From a virus (lineage: Duplodnaviria > Heunggongvirae > Uroviricota > Caudoviricetes), in IMG/VR virus record IMGVR_UViG_3300029705_000040, positions 102,209 through 164,204 of that record: a stretch of 61,996 bases of DNA; one strand, written 5' to 3'. The notes beneath the pieces are model-generated. The model saw only the letters and a program-made list of their open reading frames with translations. It was not told where the DNA came from and did no database searches. A program made the position numbers and the translations under genes. Positions 38,296 through 49,685 of this stretch are shown one piece after another. How positions within the stretch are numbered: position 1 is the stretch's first letter; each line of letters begins with the position of its first letter.

Positions 38296-40515
38296 ATGGT
38301 TGATATAATTAAAGCTGTTAAAGAAAAATTTAATGCTTCTAATTATCCAGTATCAGGACCTACATATATTCTTCCCGATGGATCATTTTTAGATATAGCT
38401 GGAACTTTTGATCCTAAAAATAGTTTTGAAGATTTTCCATGTCATGCTGAAGTAGAAGGTTTTCTTTTAGATATTGGCTTATCTAATCAAGTAGTAGATG
38501 TATCAGGTAGCCCTACTTTAGAAAGCTTAGGTGCTATAAGATGTAATGACTTAGCGGATAATAATTTTGTTCAATTAAGCAATATAAGACCCACTTCTGA
38601 TTAGTATGAAAGTTTGGAAAATTGGATATATGAAAATGCTACGCATAGAAGCGAGCTTATAGTAGCTACACCTGAATTTATTCAATATAAAAAATATGAT
38701 CCAGAAGATGTTGAGTACATTATCAAAAGAATAAAAAGATACTATACATCAGGTACTTTATATGAGAGTAAATGTAGCATATCTTATAAAGATATTTCAG
38801 ACCTCGATCGCTATAAAAAATCTGCAAATGAGATTCTTGGCGGTTGGGGTAGCCAATCTGATAATGGAATATTAGATAATACTAAAGAAATATATGTAGA
38901 TGATAAATTAGTTGGTTACATAAGTTTCGAAGAATTTGATGATATCGAGGGTTATAATAAAGCATTAGGTTTCGGCAACTTTATGATTTTAGATAGAGGT
39001 AAAGGTTACGGAACATAGGTTTTAAAAGATTTAATCCAAAGATATAGAGATACTTTTGATCTTATTTATTGTTTTGTAAATTCTGATAATTATGATGCTA
39101 TAAAACTTTATAAAAAATTAGGTAAAGTGTATGATGAAGATGGGCCTAATGATGATAATCAATATTATGTAACTTTTTGGGATAATAAATATATGTCAAT
39201 TAATGAAAATGTGTCAATAAAAGAAGCTAAAAAGAAAAAGAAGAAGAAAAAAGCTTTAGGCTGGTGGCAAACTTTTACACCTGATGCTGGTAATGTACTG
39301 TTTAATAATGCGTTTTTCAATCATGCAATGGGAAACACAACAACAGATGAGTTTGTTGCAGAGGCTGGCGAAGCTTTAGCTGGTGATTGTGGCGCTGGTT
39401 TAGGTGAGTCCTTACAAAAAGAAACATATTTTAGAGTAGAAGTTTTCCATGATGGTAAACATATAGGTGGATTATTTAGAGGCTTAAATGATCTAATAAA
39501 TGATTTGTACGAAGCAGATGACCCATATTATGATTACTTAAATGATCCATTAAGCGAGTTAGAATATAAAACAACATTTCCAAAAAATTTCGATAATAAA
39601 GATGCTATCTTCGCATATAAAGAAGATAAGTATGAAGAATTAGAAGAAACAATTTTAGATTTACAATACGCATTAAATGAAATTGGTTGGGATATAAAAA
39701 TTAAAGAAATATCTAGACCAAAAAATATTGTATATGAAGATAATGAGCAGATAGCTTATATTCTTGAAAATATAGATGAAAAAGATAAGGTAACAGAAAA
39801 TATGCATAAAGAAGTATTTAGATTTTATGGAAAAGATAAGCAAGGTGATGATATAGAATATAAAATCGATGGCGTATCTTTTACAGATGCTATTGAGGTA
39901 TTTATTAGAATGTATCCTGATGTAGAGGATTGGGATGTAGAAACTTTAAAAGAAGATGTTGATTTTAATAATGTGCAATGGGGTGTACATCAATTCTCTA
40001 CTGAGTCTATTATATTTAGAGGCACTCAAGAAGAATGTCAAAGATATATCGATGATAGACCAGAATTATGGGATGATGCAGAAGTTTATTTTATGACACC
40101 AGATGATCCACATTATATTAAATCAGAAGAAAAACAACCTTTGATAGAAGCTGGAGAAGAAAAAGTCTATCAAGTAATTGTTAAATATAAAGATGAGCCA
40201 GCTCAAAAGTTAGAAGCTAGAATCGCAAAAAACAGAAAAGATCTTGAGTATCAATTAAGTACAGACCCAGACGTAGAATGGTATGATTTTGATGAGAAGC
40301 AATTTAACGAAGATAAAGATGAAAAACAAATTTGTTGCATCTGTGGAAAAGAATATGATGGTTATGGAAATAATGCTGAACCTGTAAAGGCTGGTAGATG
40401 CTGCGATGATTGCAACATTAATCAAGTAATTCCTGCTAGATTATTAAAGATAAATGTTTCTGAAAATAAGTCAATGACAGAAATTTTCCAAAATCTAAGC
40501 AAAATTAAAAAATAA
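38296..40515 (+). CDS. Multidomain acidic protein with GNAT acetyltransferase and C-terminal zinc finger (739 aa, 2 TAG)
   Basis: TAG 38602 and 39016 join three ORF-track pieces; RGKGYGT(TAG)VL...NYDAIKLYKKLG; CCICGKEYDGYGNNAEPVKAGRCCDDCN. Confidence 0.8.
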
Positions 40516-40528
40516 CTGAGAGGTTAAC

Positions 40529-42709
40529 ATGAGCGAAAAATATATAGAAAAAGAATTAAACGAGGCTTGGGATCCTAAAGAAATAGCAAAGCAAGATGCA
40601 GAGTTTGCATGGGAAACTGGTCATCCTATGGATCCAGCAGAATGGGAGAATGATGATAAGAAAAACATCATGACCGAATATGATTTCACAGAAGAGCAAG
40701 CAGAAGCATACAAAAATTTCTATTGGGATTATTATTATATCTGTATGGCTGGCGATCCATATAACGACGATGATGACTTAGATGAAAACTTAACCGAAAC
40801 AAAAGCAACAGGCGCTAGAGGTCGTTATCAAGTAGAAGTATTTGATGAAGGGGATTGGCACAAGTTAAATTGTTGGTCAACAATCGAAAAAGCTACTAAA
40901 GCTGGTGAAGCTGCTGTAGAAGCTGTTTATCAAGATTATAGAATCATTGATAAAGAAACTAATAACGAAGTTGAGCTCCAAGAGAAATTACATAAACCTA
41001 CTATAGATACTTTAACAGATGATTTAAGAGAGTTAGCTAAAAAAGCTGATGCTGAGATTACTAGATCAGGTATCGAATGTATGGTCGCTGCTAAAGATGG
41101 TTATGTTATTGCTATCCAAGCAGTTGATCCTACTAAAATGAAACAGGTAGATGAAATTGTAACAAAAGTAGCAGAAGACTTTGATTTTGTTCCTGATATT
41201 GAAAGAAAAGAAAAACCTAACGGCACTGTACATCTTTATAGATTTAAGAAAGTACAAAAACTCGCTATTAAAGAGAATGTTATCGAAGAAGAATCTGATG
41301 GCGATATCCCTTATACAAAAGAAGAAGTAGAAGCTGAATTAAAACGCGAAACTAATAATTGGGAAACTAAAGAAGATACTATTAGATATGGCTTCCAAAG
41401 TGAAAAAGATTTTGCTATGGAAATACTTTCTCAGCACTACGAATGTGAGTATAAAGGAAAAGAAGGTAGCGATTATGTTATCCACTTCTGGAAGGAAGAT
41501 CTAACAGAGACCTTCGATGATGAAGATTATGATGAAGATGAAGATTATGATGATTCCTATTATGAAGATTGGTATGAGGTCGGATTTGTTCTTGGTGAGG
41601 AAAATGATTCTTATGAATTTTTGTATGAATTCATAGATAGTGCTCCCACAGAAGACAGTGCAATAGAAATTGCGAAAAAAGCTAGAGATAGTTCAGATTG
41701 GGAAAGTTATTCAGAATATGATATTGTTGTAATCCATGTAGAAGATTTTGGTGATGGCCCTAACATATATAATGGAGTGCATCAAGATGCATCCGATGGT
41801 GAAGTATATAGAATACCTGGAAAAGAATTGGATGAATCCATCGACACAGCAAGAACTAAAGCACAAAAATTAAGAAAGAACTCAGATACAGTGACAGAAG
41901 GCGTCTTTAATAGATTATTAGGTAGAAATATTGGCATCTTCAATAAACATAGTGGTGAAGGCCCAAAATACGCAATACTTGATCCAAAGAAAGAAAACGA
42001 GTTTATTGAAAAGATAAAACATATAGATCCAAAGAATTGGGAAGTTTGCGAATACATCGAAAAGAATGGTAAAGTTATTAAAGGTAACCCTGTAGACAAA
42101 TATAACAAAATTATGACTGATTATCAAGCTGGCATTAAGAAACAACTTGATGATATAAATGCAAAGAAAGCTCAACAAGCAAAAGATGCTGAAGAGCAAA
42201 GAAAGCAAGAATTAAAGAAACAACCGCACTTCTCAATTGATCCAAAAACAGGTGCAAAGAAATATAGAGATTTGGTTGATGAAGAAGATGCAATAGATGC
42301 TCAAATAAATGAAGATGCTGCGGATATAGAAAAACCAAAGTATGAAGTAGGCTCTGAAAAAGTGTTCGCAGAAGATTCTGAAGAATATGCTCAACTACAA
42401 AAAGCAGCAGATAAATTGACTGATTTGAGCGTTAAAAATTATAAATATTTTGTTGGCAACACTTATTTAGATTTCGGTTCAGGTTGGCAATGGACAACCA
42501 TTCTCGCTAAAAAGCCTAATGAAGTAGAATTTCAGGTATTAAGTCCATTATCGTGGAGAAATATTTTAAATGCTCAATCAGAAGAAGAGCTGGATGCTGC
42601 TATCGATCAATTAAGATCTGATGAGTACTTCCATGATAAAATCGAAACACCTAATGCTAGCTCAAGCGAAAGAGATATTTTCAATTATCTAAACTCAATA
42701 GAAGATTAA
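40529..42709 (+). CDS. Large acidic multidomain protein with repeated L-x-E motifs
   Basis: LNEAW, LTETK, LQEKL, LTETF, LDESI, VTEGV, INEDA. Confidence 0.8.
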   Translation: MSEKYIEKELNEAWDPKEIAKQDAEFAWETGHPMDPAEWENDDKKNIMTEYDFTEEQAEAYKNFYWDYYYICMAGDPYNDDDDLDENLTETKATGARGRYQVEVFDEGDWHKLNCWSTIEKATKAGEAAVEAVYQDYRIIDKETNNEVELQEKLHKPTIDTLTDDLRELAKKADAEITRSGIECMVAAKDGYVIAIQAVDPTKMKQVDEIVTKVAEDFDFVPDIERKEKPNGTVHLYRFKKVQKLAIKENVIEEESDGDIPYTKEEVEAELKRETNNWETKEDTIRYGFQSEKDFAMEILSQHYECEYKGKEGSDYVIHFWKEDLTETFDDEDYDEDEDYDDSYYEDWYEVGFVLGEENDSYEFLYEFIDSAPTEDSAIEIAKKARDSSDWESYSEYDIVVIHVEDFGDGPNIYNGVHQDASDGEVYRIPGKELDESIDTARTKAQKLRKNSDTVTEGVFNRLLGRNIGIFNKHSGEGPKYAILDPKKENEFIEKIKHIDPKNWEVCEYIEKNGKVIKGNPVDKYNKIMTDYQAGIKKQLDDINAKKAQQAKDAEEQRKQELKKQPHFSIDPKTGAKKYRDLVDEEDAIDAQINEDAADIEKPKYEVGSEKVFAEDSEEYAQLQKAADKLTDLSVKNYKYFVGNTYLDFGSGWQWTTILAKKPNEVEFQVLSPLSWRNILNAQSEEELDAAIDQLRSDEYFHDKIETPNASSSERDIFNYLNSIED

Positions 42710-42751
42710 AACTAAATTTTTATTCTTTACTTAATAATTTTATGCTCTAAG

Positions 42752-42759
42752 GCTAAATT
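42752..42759 (+). promoter_or_regulatory. GCTAAATT putative late promoter
   Basis: Recurrent intergenic octamer. Confidence 0.6.
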
Positions 42760-42785
42760 ATAGTGTAAAGAAGATTCTCGATAAG

Positions 42786-42818
42786 AAAAGCGTATCTTAC
42801 TTTACGGATACGCTTTTT
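42786..42818 (+). terminator. Hairpin with U-tract
   Basis: AAAAGCGTATC/GATACGCTTTT. Confidence 0.65.
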
Positions 42819-42838
42819 GCTTTATTATTGGAGTATTT

Positions 42839-45082
42839 ATGAAAGGTATAATAAATGAAGCTCTTAGCCCTCAAAAGCTTATTACAGGTGACAGATACTT
42901 ACAGTTTTTTGATGGTAAAGCTGCTAACATATATGCAGATAAAGAAGATAAAATTAAATATGCTTGCAAATTATTAAACATAAAAAACATATCAGATATT
43001 CTAGTGTATTCTGTTGCTGATCCTGCTATGTATTCTCAGATAAGATTATATTTGAGTAAGGTGCAATCATCAGCAAACTTAGCAACTGTTGTGAAAAAGA
43101 TTTTTAAGCAAGCAGTATCTATGAAATTTAAGGAAGTGGATTTAAGCAAACAAACAAAGAATGCTAAAGGAAAAGCTATGCTATGTCCAGCTTTTAATTG
43201 TGTTGTTTTTCAAGATATGTTTGCTTTCAAAGATAGAGGATCTTTTACAAAATTTAGTGAATTTTTAGAAAGTAAATCTGTAAATACATCTACAATAGAA
43301 ACTGATACAGTTTCTGATACAGCAGATACATCTGTAACTAGAGAAGAACGGGATGATTACGGAAATTTGAAAAAAGTAATCCACATTGAAAAAACTGATG
43401 CTGGAAAATATTACGCTAAAGTTGCATAGATACCTGAAATTTCAAAACAAAGATTCGAATCACCAAAAGATGCTGAAAGTTATGCTAGAAAAGTTCTTGA
43501 TAAGAATGGTTATAAATCTAAAGAATTTGCAGTAGATGGATCTTTTACAGCTGAAAAGAAAACAAATAGAAGTGTATCAGTAGATGGATCTGGAAATGTA
43601 ACAGCATTTAATTTTAGTGTTACAAATGCTGATGGTGAAACTGAAACAATATCAGAAGATCCTAAAAATCTTGCTTTCATTATTGGTGGTAAGGTTTATG
43701 GATATAACAAATATAAAGGTATGAACGCTAAACAGAAGAAGCAAGCTATCATAATTAAGAGATCTGGATTAGTTGGCTAGACTATTATAGAAAGTTTGCA
43801 AGATTTTGCTGATTTGGAAACCTATTTACCTGACTATATAGATATTATAGAAAATGGTGAGAAGTATATAATAAATAATAAAGAAACAAACGAAAAAGTT
43901 TCTGTTAACATATCTGGTAACGATAATGAAGATTGTCGCGAAATTATTTATTCTCTATATAAAATAACTGGAGGAAAATTAGATTTGAAAAACTTTATTG
44001 ACGAATTAAATGAGTGTGGAAATGAAAAAATTCTTGAAGCTAGTGATTCTAGTATCTCTGAGGTTAGCTTTATGACTGTACAGGATTTATTATCTGACAT
44101 GATTGGAAATGTTCCAGAAAAGCAACTAGATGATGAGATGAAAAAATTTAAGAAATTTGCTAGAATACTGCATGTTAAAGATTTTGGTGATGTTTTAGTT
44201 ATGGTAGATGAAGGTGAGAGAGATCCTTCTGAATTATTCCCTGATGGTAGATATCACGTAGTAAATGAAGAAACTGGTGAGCATGAAATCTATTTTGATG
44301 AGCAAGGTATCGTCGCAGAATATACAAATGGTTTAATTTACATTTATTTTGCTAGCGAAGATATTATGAATAAATTTATTAAAGCATCTGATGAATTTTT
44401 AAGATCATTTGAAATCGAAGAAAATCCTTTTGTAGAAGAAATTTTAGAATTCGGTGATGTTATGTCTATAGAAGAATGCTTAAACATTTTAGATAAGAAT
44501 TCTAACAATAAATTTGATCTTCTTAATTGCTATTTAAGTGAGCATTTCACTACTGATGAAAAATGCAAAATAGCTGAAATGATTAAAGAAGGTTACTCAA
44601 AGGATTCTTTACAAAAATATCTCAAAGAAAAAATTGTAGATAAAGATTTTGTTTTAACCGAAGATCAGGATGAAGAAGAAATTTCAGAAGATGATATGAC
44701 TATCGAACAACTTCTTTTTGCTATGGTAGAAGATCAAGGTCAAGAATACGGCTCAGTATCTATATATGATAAAATGTCTCTAGATAAAGCTGTAGATTGG
44801 TTAACAACTCGCGGCTATGATTATGATATACAGCAAATAGAAGAAGATGGTTGGGAGTTATTCTGGGAAAAGAAACCTGATGCTTCTGAATATGGTTCTT
44901 CAAGTGATTCTATAAATAAAACAGTTGCTCAAAATATATTAAAATCTTTAAGAGATGTTCAAGAAATGCTTCATGATATTATGACTGAATCATCAGCAAC
45001 AAAATCAGCTGCTGATTATGATCAAGATATTCAAGAAAAGCTTCAAGCAGCTTTAGATGAAGCTAAGAAATTTGATTATTAA
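42839..45082 (+). CDS. Large multidomain protein with MKGIINEA start (747 aa, 2 TAG)
   Basis: TAG at 43427 and ~43778 join ORF-track 42839 and 43796 in frame. Confidence 0.8.
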
Positions 45083-45097
45083 TTGGAGGCTTAGAAA

Positions 45098-45940
45098 ATG
45101 TTATTGAATGAAAATCTATTTAAAGAATGGGTTGATGATGGGTTTGATTGGGAACAAGTAGCATCTAAACAACTAGAAGATTCAGATGGATTCATGACTG
45201 ACTACACCTGGTACAAAAGAATTCTTCCTTCAAGTGAAGAACAACATATATTTATCTTCGGTGACTCTGACTTATATGGTCCAGATGATTCTCACGCTGA
45301 TGCCGAATTTGATTCATATAAAGCAGCTGAAGATTGGTTTAATAGCTATAATGGATTCGCAGATGATTTAGATGAATCTGTAAATAAGAACGAAAAAAGT
45401 CAATATGTTTCTGGAAGATATGTTTATTTTAAATATAAGCAAGTAGAAGGTATGACTGCTGAGCAATTAGCTAAATCTATAGAAAAAGCTTATAGAGAAA
45501 AATTTAGAGATGAGATAAAAGTTACTCACATCGAAAAGCATTCTTATGATTTCTCAAATAAAGAAATTCCTTATATTGTTTCAGCTGATGGCGTTTATGA
45601 TGGTGAAGAAAAAATAAGAGGTTTCTGGGCTGTAATTAATTGCAACGAAGAAGAAGGAAAAAATCTTCCAGAAGATACTATTATTGAGTGTTTAAAAGAA
45701 GGCGCTGTCAAAGATATAGCTCTTGAAATTGAAGAAGCTGGTGGTAAAGATATTTGGCTAGCTGAAATGAAAAGAAAAATTGAAGATTGCAAAGATATGC
45801 TAAAGTATCTCAAAGAAACTGCACCTAGAGAAATTAATAGGGGTGGTGCTTATGATTCTTATGCAGATATCCAGGAAGCGATAGATGAAATTACTGCAGC
45901 TCTTGACGAATTAGAAGCAAAATATTCTATTGCTGCATAA
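45098..45940 (+). CDS. Acidic protein with L-x-E motifs
   Basis: MLLNENLFKE, LDESV, LKEGA; GGAGG RBS. Confidence 0.8.
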   Translation: MLLNENLFKEWVDDGFDWEQVASKQLEDSDGFMTDYTWYKRILPSSEEQHIFIFGDSDLYGPDDSHADAEFDSYKAAEDWFNSYNGFADDLDESVNKNEKSQYVSGRYVYFKYKQVEGMTAEQLAKSIEKAYREKFRDEIKVTHIEKHSYDFSNKEIPYIVSADGVYDGEEKIRGFWAVINCNEEEGKNLPEDTIIECLKEGAVKDIALEIEEAGGKDIWLAEMKRKIEDCKDMLKYLKETAPREINRGGAYDSYADIQEAIDEITAALDELEAKYSIAA

Positions 45941-45983
45941 GATATAAAAATTTTTATTTAGTGTTGTGTTACTTTTTATAACT

Positions 45984-45991
45984 GCTAAATT
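45984..45991 (+). promoter_or_regulatory. GCTAAATT putative late promoter
   Basis: GCTAAATTATTTA. Confidence 0.7.
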
Positions 45992-46041
45992 ATTTAGATA
46001 CAAAGTAAGTACCTAACAACATTAATGGGAGTGTAAAAATT

Positions 46042-47379
46042 ATGAAATTAAAGAAATATAAATCAATGCATGAAGCTGTTGAGGTTAGTGATATTGATTA
46101 TAGCACTATGGATCATGTCATGGCTGGTGCTTATAGAGAATCTGAAGAACTCAAGAAAAGAGCAGAAAAAGCTATGGAAGATAGAAAGCTTGAGATGCCT
46201 AACGAAGATATAGAAGCTCACAAAGATATTAAATCAGATGACATGAAAAAAATGCATTTATGCGAATCTTTCTTTGAAGAATTTATTTCCGATGAAGACC
46301 TTACAGAAGCTACAATAACTGAAGCTGCTTATACAGATGAGCATATACAATACATAGAAGATTCTTATAAAGCTGTTTGTAAATATTATACATCTGTAGA
46401 AGCTGTAGTAGACGCTTTTAGATCAGAAGCTGAGCTTATGGATGCTTCAGAAGTTATTGATGATATTGCTATAACTCTTCGCGAAAAAATAGAATCAGTT
46501 TCAGAAAGTAAAAAAGAAGATTCTGAAGGTGAGCTTTTAACTGAGTATAAAAGACAGGAAGGATCTAAATTAGTTTATAAACAAAAGAGAGATTCTTTAG
46601 CAGAAATTATTCAAGTAGAATTAACAGAAGGCGAATGGGGTTATGTAGAAAACCCCGATGGTTCAACATCACCTACCCGATTACCTTCTGCTAACTATTT
46701 AGATGACAAAATTGGCGTAGTCTTTGGAAGAGATGATTCTTGCTCAATTAGAATTTGGGCTAAAGATGAAGAAGCATTACAACCAGCTGTAGACATTGCT
46801 AAAAAATATGGAAAAGATTATAAAGTTGGTTCTGATAAATATGTTCAATCAGAAGATAAATTCTATTGCGATATCTTTTTGACAGAAGAAGATTGGGAAG
46901 GTCATTATTTTGATCCAAATGTTCCAGTAGCTAAGTCTGAAAAGCCTTCAAAGAAAAAAGTAGAAGAGCTTGAAGAAGATATTAAGGAAGATAATACAGA
47001 TATCGAGACTAAAGAGGAATGTATCCATCCCAGCGAAGAAATTGAGGAATCTATCGAAGATGTCGAAAAGGAAATTCTTACAGAAGCTAGAATTTCAACA
47101 GAAGGCCTAAGAAATTTCAGACCCTGGGATGGTGCAGTAAATACTTATCAAAGAATAGTAGAAGCTAAGAAATTAGATACTTTAGAATTTATGCTTGAAG
47201 ATATGTATCCAAACGGGGTTGGTGCTAATGAGTTAAATGACATGCTTCAATTCGAATCTGATTGGATTTTAGAATCTTTAGGTTTAATTGAAAAAACTGA
47301 TGATTCTGATGATGATATTTATGAAACAGTAATTGGCCCAGATGGTAATCCAATGAAAAAGCTTAAAGAAACAATTTAA
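46042..47379 (+). CDS. Acidic protein with many L-x-E motifs (candidate head-core protein)
   Basis: MHEAV, LCESF, LTEATITEA, LTEYK, LEEDI, LTEAR. Confidence 0.8.
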   Translation: MKLKKYKSMHEAVEVSDIDYSTMDHVMAGAYRESEELKKRAEKAMEDRKLEMPNEDIEAHKDIKSDDMKKMHLCESFFEEFISDEDLTEATITEAAYTDEHIQYIEDSYKAVCKYYTSVEAVVDAFRSEAELMDASEVIDDIAITLREKIESVSESKKEDSEGELLTEYKRQEGSKLVYKQKRDSLAEIIQVELTEGEWGYVENPDGSTSPTRLPSANYLDDKIGVVFGRDDSCSIRIWAKDEEALQPAVDIAKKYGKDYKVGSDKYVQSEDKFYCDIFLTEEDWEGHYFDPNVPVAKSEKPSKKKVEELEEDIKEDNTDIETKEECIHPSEEIEESIEDVEKEILTEARISTEGLRNFRPWDGAVNTYQRIVEAKKLDTLEFMLEDMYPNGVGANELNDMLQFESDWILESLGLIEKTDDSDDDIYETVIGPDGNPMKKLKETI

Positions 47380-47390
47380 GCTGGAGGTAC

Positions 47391-48119
47391 ATGATGGGAT
47401 ATTTAGATAGAAAAGCTAGAATAAAATTCTATGAAGAATTAAAAAAAGCTGGTAAAACAAAAATACAGCTTCAAGAAAATTTATTGAAAGAAGAAGCTGA
47501 AACTGTTCCAGTAGTTGTAGTAACTTCAGAAGAAGTTGCGCCTTGCTCTATTCCAGTAATGGATGAGTGCCCAGTTGTGGTGGAACCAAATAAAGAAAAC
47601 GATCCAGGTGAACCAAAATCTGTTCCAACAGAAGATATAGGAATAGCTGACATGCTCATATAGGCTATTACTGATGAGTATGCTACAATTGCTCAATATA
47701 ATTCTTTAGTAGCTATTTTAAATGACACAGGATATTCAGAGTTAGCAGCTGTTGTAAGTCATATAAACGAAGAAGAGCAAATCCATGTTGGTATGTTACA
47801 ACATGCTATGGAAGAAGTTTCAAAGCAAGCTAAAAAAGTTGAAGATGGTAAGCAAGAAGCTGAGCAAATAATTTCAGGCGAACCTATTGTAGAAGAACCT
47901 GTTGTAATAGAAGTTGCGCCAAAGGTTGCTGAGCAACCTTTAGAAGAAGCAGTAAAAGAAGATAAAATAGAAGAAGCTCAAGCTTTAGTTGATGCAGCTA
48001 TTAAATGCTTTGGAAGAATTGGCGGTGGCTTATATGATGACTTAGATGAAATGGGTCTATATGTAGCAGAAGAAGATGGAAATTATATTGTAAAAAAGAA
48101 AGTTCCAGACGCTGAATAA
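47391..48119 (+). CDS. Acidic protein containing a ferritin-like helix pair (1 TAG)
   Basis: IADMLI(TAG)AITDEYATIAQY...INEEEQIHVGMLQ; joins ORF-track 47391 and 47793. Confidence 0.7.
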
Positions 48120-48137
48120 GTCTTCGGGAGGTTTTAT

Positions 48138-48539
48138 ATGAAAATTTTATTAGTGGAAGATTTTTCAGAAGAATTTGATTTTTCAGAAGAATTAGAATAC
48201 TACGCAGATGATGTTGTAGATGACGAAGATTCTGGAAAAGTTTCTGGATCAGTTTATGTACAGATAGATTCAGACGAAGTTTTAACATTCTTTTGGGAAC
48301 ATGCTGACATAGATATAGATAAACATCCAGAATTAGAAGATGATTTAAACTGGAAAAAATATGTAAAAGAAAATTACGAAGAGCTTTGGGAAAATCTAGG
48401 TGAAGCTTTATAGGATTATTATAAAGATAGAGCTAGAGATAAAGTCTATGATAATTGGGATAATTATGCTATAGAAGACGAATCACCCTATGATGACCGA
48501 GCAGAGCTTCTGAGAGATTATTACAGAAACGTATTATAA
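48138..48539 (+). CDS. Acidic protein with MKILLVED start (1 TAG)
   Basis: Readthrough of TAG 48411 ends at TAA 48537, immediately before a terminator. Confidence 0.8.
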
Positions 48540-48543
48540 AAAT

Positions 48544-48581
48544 AATAGGTCGCCATGAGGTAATTCTTAAGGCGACCTATT
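48544..48581 (+). terminator. Intrinsic terminator
   Basis: AATAGGTCGCC/GGCGACCTATT. Confidence 0.7.
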
Positions 48582-48623
48582 CGAATAAATTAAAAATAAT
48601 CTAGAATGATACATAAAATAATT

Positions 48624-48631
48624 GCTAAATT
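48624..48631 (+). promoter_or_regulatory. GCTAAATT putative late promoter
   Basis: GCTAAATTATTTG upstream of the tail-fibre cluster. Confidence 0.7.
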
Positions 48632-48669
48632 ATTTGTGAAAAGCAATTCTGGATTTTTATGAGGTGACT

Positions 48670-49095
48670 ATGTTTGAAACTTATCACAACATTCCAACTT
48701 CATATATACCTAATAACATGAGAGCTGAAGTCAATGAGTATAAAACACCTTTAGCAGAATATAATATAAAAGGTGATTTTATTGGTTACTCATGGAATTG
48801 TGGTGATTCTATTGTTTTAGAGTTCACTACTGAGGGTGATGTTACATATAAAGATTTAGAATTTTACGAAGATGCTGAGACCTATTTATCTGGTAAATTA
48901 ATGACTTTATCTATATATAATTTTAGACATGAAGTCATGTATACGCAATCATTACCAGCTGCTACTGTTGTTAAGTTTTATATAAATGGACAATTAGTAG
49001 AAGGTGTTTATAGCTGCGAATTAGTTTTAACAGATTCTAATGATACTATTTAGACTTTAGTTTCATCAGATGATTATAAATTAATAATTAAGTGA
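48670..49095 (+). CDS. Putative structural/tail-associated protein (1 TAG)
   Basis: ATG after GAGG; TAG 49051; ends TGA 49093. Confidence 0.7.
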
Positions 49096-49108
49096 GGAGA
49101 AAAGGTTA

Positions 49109-49684
49109 ATGAATTTAAAAACAACGTTAAAAGCTTATCCAAAACTTTCTCCATCAATCTTATCTAACTATGTGACAAAAGAAGAATTGGAAGCAAAAGA
49201 TTATGTAACCCATTCGCAATTAAGTGATATTTTGAAAGGGTTTGTAAGGGAAGTCGAAAATCCAGATCCTGCAGCTATCTATATAAGAAAGCTAGTAGAT
49301 GGCGAATTAGTATGGGCTCCAGTTCACGATATACCTGGGGTAATAGATGGCGTGCTTTGTTATGGAATGACAAAAACAACTACATTAGATGATGCTTAGC
49401 TTGCATTATTAAACCGTATGGAGCTTTCATATGATGTTAAGGAATATATGATCGAATATGCGCCAACATCAAATGGATATTTCTGGATATGCTCAACAAA
49501 ACCTGTGCTTAAAGTAGAGGCTGATAATGGTTTGACTTATCAAGTAAATACGATTGAGCAAGATGGTGTTTTACATTTAACTTATGAGGGTGAAGAATTT
49601 TATTTCTTCTGCTGCAGAACAACAAAACTTGCAGCTATACCTGGTGTTGCATATAAATTTAAGATAACTTTAGAGGGAGAATAA
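49109..49684 (+). CDS. Putative tail-associated protein (1 TAG)
   Basis: TAG 49397 joins ORF-track 49109 and 49418. Confidence 0.75.
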
Positions 49685-49685
49685 T

